From the NCBI RefSeq assembly GCF_031769215.1, contig NW_026781921.1, positions 1,426,001 to 1,490,000 on the forward strand: DNA of 64,000 bases, written 5' to 3'. The notes beneath the pieces were generated by a model. That model was not told the origin of the DNA. It saw only the letters and a list, made by a program, of their open reading frames with translations, and searched no databases. The stretch comes from Ylistrum balloti. Lineage: Eukaryota. Of the stretch, positions 10,009 through 20,845 are shown in pieces. The stretch's first letter is position 1. Each line of letters starts with the position of its first letter. A program made the translations under genes and the position numbers.

Positions 10009-12555
10009 TCATACAGTCTCTATCCCACTAGATGGATTAGATTGCGGTCCTCCATCCGGTGCTTGTGTTGTGTAGACCGGATCACGTTCAACAGTGTTAT
10101 CACAACCAGAAGGCAAAATGACCGACACACAATTGTCAGCATCGTCTATAACCAAATGCTCGCCACCAGAATTAGTCCTTTGAATATTCTGAATGGAGTT
10201 GGAATCTGCTACTGAGGGAGAGCCAAGGTCAGACATCACAGGACTGTTTGGAGTTTTACCTGTGAATATATTGCTAACAGCGATACCAGAAGGCAGAGGA
10301 GAAGCATGAACCCGAGACGGCTCATGCAGCACCAGTTCGCCTTCCACAACACTGGGATCGGGATCTGGGTCAAGGCCCACTTCAGATAAAAAACACTGCT
10401 CTGATGTGGGTGCCTGTTTTTTACTCCGTTTCCTGTGTGCACGCTTAGCAGTTTTCTTCTGTGTTTTATTCTGAGCTTCCTCAACCTTGACCTGAGTGTC
10501 ACTGTCCAAGGGTGTGTCTGAGAGAACAGCTGTGTAGGCCACAATGGGAGGTTTCTGTATTGGGGATGGTTCAAGAACCATGGTTTGAGTTGGCAAAGTC
10601 ACCATATTCCTTGTATCAGTGGGATCATACACCAATGCTGCTGGCTGCTCTAGCACTACAGTAACAGTATCGGGTGTTGGATCAGTCACAGCAATCACTG
10701 GAGTAGGATTGGCCACTGCGATGACAGGCGGGGGAACTGTCACCGTCATCACAGGCCCTGCAGGATTCATCTCTACAATGGTCTTGGCGGTGTCTCTGAC
10801 TGCCTCCTGCTCACAGTCAGCACCTTGGGATAAAAAACCTTGCTGTGAATCTGTCTGGCTGGTATCTTGCTGTTCTACATCTCCTCCCACTTCTGTGTTA
10901 CATACAGTGCTTGTCTCGCCTTCTGTTTCATTGTTGCTGAGATTAGTTTCAAACGAAAAAGCATTAGCTCCTGATGAGGCAGTGTCAGGGGCCTCTGCAG
11001 AGGATGGAACCTCAATAATGGGGCTAATCGGCTGGTGCTGTGACATATTTAAGAAGACACTTGGGGTAAAAGTCTGGCTTAGCAACAGCTTGAGTGGATC
11101 TTCCTCAGGCTTCTTCTCCTTTTCTTTAGGAACTTTCTCTGGTTCTGACCAGGATCTTTCCGTCACTTCCACTTTGAGATCTTGTATTGGCCCTTTGACT
11201 GGTTCTTCTGGTTTCTGCTGGTGATTAAGCTCGGATTTTGACCTATCTACAGAGACAGGCTTAGCCAGTGCAAGCTTGAGCAGTTGATATGCTGACAGTG
11301 GTTTCTCTTCTCTTTTTGGGACGGGTTCCACTTCCAGTTCTTCCTCATGTCCAGACACATGCCCAGACTTTCTACGATCACCTCCTCCACGCTCTCTTCG
11401 CCGACGTTGGAGACGTTCAGCAACTGTTTCTTCAGGGTCGAATCCAGGTGACTCACCTCTCTCAGAGATGGAAGTTTTTCGACTAGTTGACTCATCAAAA
11501 CTGTCAAAGCTTGCAGGCTTTTCTATTTTGTGTGTACTAGATTCATCCTTATGTGAACTACTGTCTTCAGACCCAAACATCTGTCTCCAGGTTCGGATAG
11601 CTGATCCCTTGTCCATTCGTGATGGAGACACAACTTTGACCTGTAATCTGTCAGGTGACAGTTGCTGTTGTTCCGGAACCCTCTCTACAACCTCCTCTGC
11701 TGGCTGTTCTTCCTCCATGTTCTCCTCCATTCTTTGTCGCCATGATTTCCTTCGAGTAAAGGCATCGTAAGTCTTTGGTTCCTCAGCAGCTGGTGAAGCC
11801 TCTTTTTCTTTTTTAGGTAATGTCAATTCAAGATGCTCTGGTTCAGCAACCTCTAGCTCTTTCTTCTGTCTCCATGCTTTAATGCTGAGCACCTCTGGCT
11901 CCGCGGCCTTGGTATCCACCACCGTTGTAGTCTGCTCTGTTGGTGGATTAGAGGCATAGTCATCCTTGGGTTTCTCTGTTTCACTGGCCATTTCCATCTC
12001 AAGTTTGAGACGCCATGACCTTGGCTTGTTAGGATCCTTAGGAGGAGACATTTTTGCTTGTGCTTCTGCAGCCTTTCTTTTCCTTTCTTTGTATGTTACA
12101 TAGCCACTTGTTTTCTCTGGTAGTACCTTGTTTGGCGTTTTCTGTTTCTTTGGAACCACCTCTGGAACTTTCTCCTCTACTTTCATTGGAATATTTTGTG
12201 CCACCTCTTGACTAGAACTCAGCTCTGTATGGTTCTGTTCAACATGGCTCACCTCACCAGAATCTTCCCTAGATTTGGCAGCTGATCTTGACCGGCGTTC
12301 TGAGGATTCCCTTTGTGATCCATTGGTTGGGACAGTCAGTTCTGCCATCTTTCCTTCTTCTAATGAAGCTGATTTTTTCCTCTCGGCTGGGTTGTCTAGA
12401 GGAAGACGTTCTGCATAAAATTTCCGACATGGACCAAAGAACGGATGGTTCATTGCCTCTCGTAAAGTAATGCGTTCCTCTGGTATGTACTCGAGCATCA
12501 TCTCAGTCAACTCAATCAGTTGCCGATGTTCTGGCCCCTTGTCTCGAATGTAATG
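10009..12555 (-). CDS. CLK2: Alternative terminal exon L: HYIRDKGPEHRQLIELTEMMLEYIPEERITLREAMNHPFF followed by an ~800-aa E/K/P/S/T-rich disordered tail (848 aa total, ends GIETV*)
   Basis: Acceptor ttgttgtttttcag|CAT at 12556-12558, phase 0. The stop-free 2547-nt frame is GC-richer than its surroundings. Its first ~40 aa align with kinase subdomain XI. Confidence 0.85.
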   Translation of the reverse strand, partial: HYIRDKGPEHRQLIELTEMMLEYIPEERITLREAMNHPFFGPCRKFYAERLPLDNPAERKKSASLEEGKMAELTVPTNGSQRESSERRSRSAAKSREDSGEVSHVEQNHTELSSSQEVAQNIPMKVEEKVPEVVPKKQKTPNKVLPEKTSGYVTYKERKRKAAEAQAKMSPPKDPNKPRSWRLKLEMEMASETEKPKDDYASNPPTEQTTTVVDTKAAEPEVLSIKAWRQKKELEVAEPEHLELTLPKKEKEASPAAEEPKTYDAFTRRKSWRQRMEENMEEEQPAEEVVERVPEQQQLSPDRLQVKVVSPSRMDKGSAIRTWRQMFGSEDSSSHKDESSTHKIEKPASFDSFDESTSRKTSISERGESPGFDPEETVAERLQRRRRERGGGDRRKSGHVSGHEEELEVEPVPKREEKPLSAYQLLKLALAKPVSVDRSKSELNHQQKPEEPVKGPIQDLKVEVTERSWSEPEKVPKEKEKKPEEDPLKLLLSQTFTPSVFLNMSQHQPISPIIEVPSSAEAPDTASSGANAFSFETNLSNNETEGETSTVCNTEVGGDVEQQDTSQTDSQQGFLSQGADCEQEAVRDTAKTIVEMNPAGPVMTVTVPPPVIAVANPTPVIAVTDPTPDTVTVVLEQPAALVYDPTDTRNMVTLPTQTMVLEPSPIQKPPIVAYTAVLSDTPLDSDTQVKVEEAQNKTQKKTAKRAHRKRSKKQAPTSEQCFLSEVGLDPDPDPSVVEGELVLHEPSRVHASPLPSGIAVSNIFTGKTPNSPVMSDLGSPSVADSNSIQNIQRTNSGGEHLVIDDADNCVSVILPSGCDNTVERDPVYTTQAPDGGPQSNPSSGIETV

Positions 12556-12793
12556 CTGAAAAACAACAATACAATACACAATATACGACTGGAAGTAAAC
12601 GCTGGAATTTTTTTTTATATATAAAATTTTGAAGAATTTACATAAACCATTTTCATATTTCTCACAAGTATTTTGAAATATCTTTAACAATTGTGATAAT
12701 TTTCATATAAACAATAAACTTTCATTAACAATCACATAATATATTGTTGAAATTTATTTGAACTTATTTAAAACTCTTCATCATAGCAACTAT

Positions 12794-13262
12794 AATAAGA
12801 GACCCCAGAGGGATTTTGGCGTCCACTATCATATGGTCTAAACTGTTCCTTTATCAGTTGCATTTTTCCATTATATTTTCTCCTTTCCCATCCCTTGAAA
12901 AATGTATGCAAAGGCGGAGACCAAGAAGAACCTAAATATCAATTTTGATAATGATTAATCCAAATCATCTATAGATATAATTAGAAGGGGTTGAGGGTAG
13001 ATATGTCTGAGAAAGACACATCCAATACTTATAAAGAAATAGCAAAAACAAACTTGACTTTCAAAACTGAACATGGCAGCTTGTGGACCATTTTGTTTCT
13101 TCAATCAGTCATGAAACTGAAGATGAAGCTTCCTATGAGATTCAAGAAAGATCAATAAAAAAAAACAGGAACAACAAGAATTGTTAAAGGATGGATGGAC
13201 AACAGGTGGACAATGGACCACAAAGGCGATTTGAACAGCCAACCATCTGATGGCAAGCTAAA
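12794..13262. mobile_element. Degraded non-autonomous dispersed element
   Basis: aataagagaccccagaggg start; ggatggatggacaac microsatellite and gcta end, the same architecture as 7541-7796. Confidence 0.4.
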
Positions 13263-13649
13263 ATTTCTCTCTTTTTCTAAACAAAGGATGACATAATTTA
13301 TCAACTTCTAATCAACACAACATCAATTTCTTTTATTGATTTTCAAAAGAATAAACATGATTGATACAGTTACAATGTGTAAGATCATGATGTGTACTAC
13401 GCCCATAAGTTAATGACATAAGGAAACTGTAAAGAAACAAGATAATCTATTTAGTATATGTTCTTCAGATATTGAATCTAATTGGCAAAAAGTTCATCCA
13501 TTAAGAAATGCTATTTGCCAGTACTATAACAAGCTTCTATTGGTGTCACTACCACCTCTTTAATTACTGACACTTACTGATGTAAACACGCTCATTAATG
13601 ACCGTCATTAACTGGTGAAATTCCGCTAACTAACGACTATCATTAATTG

Positions 13650-15460
13650 TATAGACCCCCTAACTGCCTGTAATAACAGACTAAAGTAAGGATAGTGTTA
13701 TAACACTGATACAGTGATATACAGACCCCCTAACTACCTGTAATAACAGACTACAGTGAGGATAGTGTTATAACACTGATACAGTGACTAGGATATACAG
13801 ATCCCCTAACTACCTGTATATACAGTGACTAGGATATACAGACCCCCTAACTACCTGTATATACAGTGACTAGGATATACAGACCCCCTAACTACCTGTA
13901 TATACAGTGACTAGGATATACAGACCCCCTAACTACCTGTAATAACACACTACAGTGAGGATAGTGTTATAACACTGATACAGTGACTAGGATATACAGA
14001 CCCCCTAACTTCCTGTATATACAGTGACTAGGATATACAGACCCCCTAACTACCTGTAATAACACACTACAGTGAGGATAGTGTTATAACACTGATACAG
14101 TGATATACAGACCCCCTAACTACCTATAATAACAGACTACAGTGAGGATAGTGTTATAACACTGATACAGTGACTAGGATATACAGACCCCCTAACTACC
14201 TGTATATACAGTGACTAGGATATACAGACCCCCTAACTACCTGTAATAACACACTACAGTGAGGATAGTGTTATAACACTGATACAGTGACTAGGATATA
14301 CAGACCCCCTAACTACCTGTAATAACACACTACAGTGAGGATAGTGTTATAACACTGATATAGTGATATACAGACCCCCTAACTACCTGTAATAACACAC
14401 TACAGTGAGGATAGTGTTATAACACTGATACAGTGACTAGGATATACAGACCCCCTAACTACCGGTAATAACACACTACAGTGAGGATAGTGTTATAACA
14501 CTGATACAGTGACTAGGATATACAGACCCCCTAACTACCGGTAATAACACACTACAGTGAGGATAGTGTTATAACACTGATACAGTGACTAGGATATACA
14601 GACCCCCTAACTTCCTGTATATACAGTGACTAGGATATACAGACCCCCTAACTACCTGTAATAACACACTACAGTGAGGATAGTGTTATAACACTGATAT
14701 AGTGATATACAGACCCCCTAACTGTATATACAGTGACTAGGATATACAGACCCCCTAACTACCTGTAATAACACACTACAGTGAGGATAGTGTTATAACA
14801 CTGATATAGTGATATACAGACCCCCTAACTACCTGTATATACAGTGACTAGGATATACAGACCCCCTAACTACCTGTAATAACACACTACAGTGAGGATA
14901 GTGTTATAACACTGATACAGTGATATACAGACCCCTAACTACCGGTAATAACACACTACAGTGAGGATAGTGTTATAACACTGATACAGTGATATACAGA
15001 CCCCCTAACTACCTGTATATACAGTGACTAGGATATACAGACCCCCTAACTACCTGTAATAACACACTACAGTGAGGATAGTGTTATAACACTGATATAG
15101 TGATATACAGACCCCCTAACTACCTGTATATACAGTGACTAGGATATACAGACCCCCTAACTACCTGTAATAACACACTACAGTGAGGATAGTGTTATAA
15201 CACTGATAGGGTGACTAGGATATACAGACCCCCTAACTACCTGTAATAACACACTACAGTGAGGATAGTGTTATAACACTGATATAGTGATATACAGACC
15301 CCCTAACTACCTGTAATAACACACTACAGTGAGGATAGTGTTATAACACTGATACAGTGACTAGGATATACAGTGGCTAGGATATACAGACCCCCTAACT
15401 GCCTGTAATAACACACCACAGTGAGGATAGTGTGATAACACTGATACAGTGACTAGGATA
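13650..15460. repeat. Modular satellite with 41-, 70- and 76-bp unit variants
   Basis: Modules tatacagaccccctaactacctgta, ataacacactacagtgaggatagtgttataacactga and tacagtga(ctagga). Confidence 0.96.
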
Positions 15461-17536
15461 AATAAAGTAATTCAGATACTAACCATGGAAGTAAACACTT
15501 GGTTTACACATATTATTAGTGTTACTTCAAGATGATCAAAACACATGCCTTGTCTCCTTCTACAGAATCAAGAAAATAGCCTTCAATGATGCACATATAT
15601 CATTCCGGTCCAATGCAGAATTAGTAGGCATGCCAGCATAGCAAAATCGCCGAGGACACACCCGCACAAAAAAAAAATATCATACTTCATCCTGCTGTCC
15701 TCTTCCTGGCCAGTGTACGAACATGGTAGAACACCAAACTGTGGTACAGAGCTGCTTCAAGGTAAAGCTCAATGAAGATTGCACACAAAACTGGCCTTCA
15801 TAACAAACATTGGAGATGCTTTTATTTCAAAATTTCACACCTGTATCAAAATCAGTCTGGGATCTTGCAAAAGGGATAAAATCATGTTTTTTGATAAACT
15901 ATTCCAGTTTTCAAAAGCAGTGCAAAAATTTCTCAACTGAAGCACAACCTAGCTTTCACAAAATAAAGTTTCAAACCATTCATCAGACAATAAACCAACT
16001 ATATTGAACGGCACACAACATTCAAAAACGGGGAGAAATCTGCAGTGATAGTTTAATTGTTAGTAGGTATAAAAGACGATTTGTGCATTGAGCATAAACT
16101 GAGTTTTAATCAAAAGAAACTAGTTTACCCATCTGTCAATGCCCCCTTCAAAAGTCCATCTCTCCAAGCATACTCACTGCTGTTTCATTTCATTCATGTG
16201 TTCCGATCTCACAAAATATTAACATTTTTTTTCGACATTTATCATTAGGTCCTTTTTAACGTAAAAAAAATTCAGACTAAATCAATGGTTACAATGTGGA
16301 AACACATCATTACAAATATTGAAATAGGAATGAAGACATGAATAGGGTTGATTGTGATGGAAATACAGCACGCACCCTAATCGTTCACGAAAGTCTGATT
16401 TATATACATCAATTAACAGTCAATTAGTGTTTTCAATTCAAATCAACGACACCAAAGGAACCATTGATTTCTTTTTCCTTCTTTTGTGAAAAACTCTTTT
16501 TTTCCTGAAGTTTCATTCATATCAAAAGTCTTCAATCAGTCTTTGATCTTTATGTAATGCATTGGATTTCCATGTCTTTGACTCCTAATTTCTTGACTTT
16601 GTCAGTAAAAGTGAATTATAAGTAATTAATCATCATTTTCCATAGTAGTAGCAATCATACAAATCCGTCTCCAGACATTCCATCATTTTTTCCATGACCT
16701 GGTCAAAATTCAACACCAATATTAATAAGGACAACAGGTCCTGAAGACGTGAATCCCTAATCAGAGAACAAAGAATGCTTTCAAATATCACAGGTTTTTT
16801 ACAGTTACATAAAACCATAAATAATTTCAACATAAGTGAAATACATTTATATGGTTACTTTGGCATGATAACATAGGTATGTAATTATGTGTGTGTAAAT
16901 ATACAAAACTCATGCATATGCCAAAATGTGTCTGTCACAAAAGCTACAATTAATAAAAAATATCCTCCACATTTAAACTCAAATATATTTCAGAATACAC
17001 CGATTGAAAACTAAAAACACCAATAAAAGTTTAGTGTAAATATATACTGCAGGGATATGTACTGACTACATTGAAAATTAAAACATGAATACAAAGATAC
17101 ATATTTTGTCATCATAATTAACCCCAAGGTATATACTGTTTAGTATTCATCTGCTACTTCTTTGTAGAGAGCGTGGAAAGGTGGGGAAGGTAGGATTTTT
17201 TGTATTTGTATTTTGTATTTTTGATGAAAGAATATGCAATTTCTGCGATGGTAAATTTGATCACTTACTAGAATTACATGGTATCTATGTCAAAGAGATT
17301 ATCTCTAATATCCATCTTCCACAAGTTGTATTTGACATAGGTAAAAAAAAAAAACCTTTGTCTATCAACGCTGTAGATATTTCTGCTAGGTTTGATTTTA
17401 ATGAGAGCAGACCTTTGTTTCTGCAGCCCATTATAAACACTTATCACCAAAATATTCCATCTTAAATATGCAAATGTTTGCATAAAAACGATGGTAAAAT
17501 CTTGATGATTTGCCTCGGGAATGGTGGATTCCTTAC

Positions 17537-17627
17537 CTCCAAGGGCTTGCAGCTTTCTCTCACGTACCGCCCTGATGAACTTTTCGAATCCCAGTCTAAC
17601 CGCCCCTTGTAGAAATACTTGGACTTC
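17537..17627 (-). CDS. CLK2: Mutually exclusive exon B: (K)[30 protein letters not shown], 91 nt
   Basis: ttacccctcttaag|G ... GAG|gtaagg. Phase 2 in, phase 0 out. Confidence 0.9.
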
Positions 17628-18526
17628 CTTAAGAGGGGTAACAAAAATAGAGCTTGGTGAGAGACAATACACACTCACATGCTCCTATCCACATAATCCA
17701 AGGCTACTCAATATCATCAAATTACCTCCCTTTGTGGCTCAAACCCTTCACTCTAGTTGCCTTCATCAAATAATTTTTCTTCTCTTCCTTAATTTTAGTG
17801 AATCTATAAATCCATCCATAAAAATGTTTGTTTAATTTGCAGTATTGCTGACTATAAGGAGGGCGAGTAGGTACTTTGATGTTAGTGCTAACCCTGGATC
17901 TGTGGGCACTCTAACAATATGCTCGGCTATACAAACATGCAAGCCTTACTGCTGACAAGTTCCATCGTCTTTTGTTTAATTCAGTAAAGAGATTCTCAAA
18001 TTTGGAAAGCATTGAAAAATTTCCAAATTTAAAAAACTACAATTACTTTGAGATTAATTTGAAACAAGTGTTATCACTCTGGAATTTGTCAACAGAACAT
18101 CATCACAGTTTTAACATCATGCCTATTGCAAGCAAAATAAAGCATTCCAAGATCCCATTTTGACATCCTTGGATTACAGACAAGGAAATGTCTAACCGCT
18201 GAGCTAAAATTACTTTTTTTTTTCTCTCTTTGACATACATAATTCAAAGTCTGTATCGTCAAGTTTTTCTCTTTTCAAATTTGATATATGGTCAAAAATG
18301 ACAATGCTACAAATGAAGCTCAATGACTTTCCTGTCACCCTTGTACAAATACCAAAAGTGGATCTTTGAAAAATAAAATCATTCTCTACCTAATGAACTG
18401 AACAAAGACTGTTGAGAACAGTACACAATGCGCAGGCATGAACAGACAATGGCAGGCTGAGAGATGACGAGTGAGTATTCAACATCAGGCGGATGGGCGG
18501 CAGGGCAGGTGTCGGACGATACTTAC

Positions 18527-18614
18527 ATACAGCGGCCGACAGTTTTCTCTCACATAACGCCCTGCGGACGACGTATGGTCCCACTCTAGGCGGCCGTGCC
18601 AGAAATTATTTGTT
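18527..18614 (-). CDS. CLK2: Mutually exclusive exon A: (K)TNNFWHGRLEWDHTSSAGRYVRENCRPLY, 88 nt (absent from the ORF track in this frame)
   Basis: Pyrimidine tract ctctctctcctccctatcaaag|A and donor TAT|gtaagt. Phase 2 in, phase 0 out. Clear paralog of exon B. Confidence 0.88.
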
Positions 18615-20556
18615 CTTTGATAGGGAGGAGAGAGAGCAAACATGACTAGGTGTGTGTGTCAAGTGGGTCGTAAACACAAAATACATTCTATAATGCCATT
18701 TAAGTTGTTTTCATTCCCAGAATAAATTTTGATCAATCTGAATGATACTTTTACAGCGTTTCTACCACAGGGTCTAGATGATAAAAAGAAAAGCACTGAT
18801 CTAACTATGCTTAATGCCTATCAATCTAAGCTCCGACATATATCAACAGGGCTTACATTAAAATTTCAAAATTCTAAAATATCAAGCTCCAAATCAAAAG
18901 TTAAACAAATATTTTAATTTCTGAATTCAGTTCTAGTCTATCATATATGATTTCTTCAGGAAGTGTTTTTAATCACCTACTTAATCTATTGAAATAGAAC
19001 ATCAGCAATACTAGAAAGTTTGCTATCCTCAATTTAACATTTACACTTTAGCATTATGTGCAGTGTGCCTATCTATGCAGAATAAAGCTGAAAAAGTAAC
19101 AATCCAAAATATTACTGCCTAAAAGTATTTTTATCTAATTTTAAGAAGCATTGACAGAAGTTCCCACTGATTAAATTTGAATTCCAGCCAAATTTTGATG
19201 ACAACAAAAGAAATCTGAAGTATGAAGGATTCTTAATGAAGAACAATATTGTTTTTTTTTCTGATCAGCTAAAACAAATTAAATCAAATAAGACCAAACC
19301 AGTGAGTACATGGGGCAGATTGTAAAATCAAAATATCCATGGGTTGAAAGGTCATTAGAGCAAAGGTCAAGCCACATAGGTCAGTCAGCATGTGCAATGA
19401 TCCCATACATTTATATATGTATATATAATAAAGAGTGTAATTAAACATGTAACTCACATAACAACATTTCATAAACCATTACTTCAGTCACCTTCTGTGT
19501 CAAATTGTTCATAACGGAGAATTAGGCAGATTTTTAATAAATCTAGCTTTTTGAAAACGTGCATTTCTACACAATAGGTCAATTTGATATTGTTTGCCAA
19601 AATTTTACTTACATATATTTTTAAGTTGCTTTCAAATTGAATATTAAATGCCAAATGAACAAGTTTTTCAGAAAGCTTTATTTTGCTGAATATTTGTGAA
19701 GCTTGAACGGCTTTGTTTGAATCAAGCTTCTAAAGCTGCAAAATTTGCATATAAGCATTAGGACACATATTTAACTTTGAAAGGTACTGGTGAACTAGGG
19801 GTTTACTGAATGAAGAACAAAAGAGATACAAGTCTAATTTAGATACATACAAAATTTTAGTGCCCACCATGACATTTATACCGTTTGTTATAATATTAGT
19901 TCCGAATAAGCCAAATTTACTCCCAATTAATAGCAACATATTCAATATTTTTATATAGACAAATTTCTGAACAGTTGCTTTTATTTATCTGTGTAAAAAT
20001 GGAAATGAAGGTTTTATATAAAATAGATTCATCCAATTATCCAGTTACAAAATAATACCAACATTTTCTTTTTGATTAATCAAAGACTTTTCCAATTATA
20101 TTTAAAACATAAATGCACAATTTTGAGTAGTCTATACTGCTATCTCAATGACTTATCCTCGTGTAATCATTATGTTTATCAATCCTAAAATTTTGTCTTT
20201 TTTTTCTTTACATATTTTAATAATTTGTTGGGTTTTTTTTTTTAATAAAAAATCTACATTTGACAAGACGAATAAGTCTGATAACCCAGCATTTTGAAAA
20301 TATCGAACTGATCTAATATTAGGGGAAGATTAAGGAAGCTATAGAAATTTGATCAAAATACGGAAATGAACGAGTGAAGAAATCCTTAATTATTACACTT
20401 CTGGCAGTGTTTTCACTCAGCTATACAAGATTTATACCCAAAAAAAGGGCCGTGTATTCTATATCAAAATGGACAGAAGATACCCTTGGAAAGTCTTGTA
20501 AATAAGGATAAGTGATTGCCCTATGTGCAGACACAAGACAATAGTGAAATACTTAC

Positions 20557-20636
20557 TTTGTCTTTTTCACCATTCGGTAGGGCAGTGATCCCAGAATCCG
20601 CTCCATCATTGCTAGATGCTCTTTGTTATCATGAGT
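20557..20636 (-). CDS. CLK2: CLK exon [26 protein letters not shown](K), LAMMER signature, 80 nt
   Basis: ctgcag|ACT ... AA|gtaagt; [11 protein letters not shown]. Confidence 0.98.
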
Positions 20637-20845
20637 CTGCAGCATATAAATTTAAGTCTTTAACATCTCAACTAACATAATTATCTCCCTTTACTTGTTT
20701 GCTACAACGCATGTGGAATATCTGCACTAGTATGAAAGTTTACCTCAGAGAGTCAATTTTTTAATCCATTTGTAAGTTTGTATATTAACCATGAAATAAT
20801 TTTGAAATATTTTGTAAGGCTTATCTGTTCGTAAAACATAATTAC

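Noticed and set aside
10009-10023. Class I PDZ-binding C-terminus (GIETV)
   Set aside because: Position -2 is Glu, not Ser/Thr, so it is at best a weak class III match.
10236-12470. Overlapping and antisense ORFs within exon L (e.g. 10619-11224 +)
   Set aside because: Shadow frames of a GC-richer coding exon.
12556-12690. First 45 aa of the 893-aa ORF (MLKIFQ...VFQ)
   Set aside because: AT-rich intron upstream of a clear acceptor, starting at a non-ATG codon. The coding exon starts at 12555.
16030-16065. TACTAAC...cag as the acceptor of another terminal exon
   Set aside because: The downstream frame stops after five codons (ISPRF*) and the pyrimidine tract is poor. Kept only as a motif.
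17274-17678. 134-aa alternative frame across exon B into the intron
   Set aside because: It would need A+B inclusion plus intron retention. Composition is intron-like with no homology cue, so likely chance.
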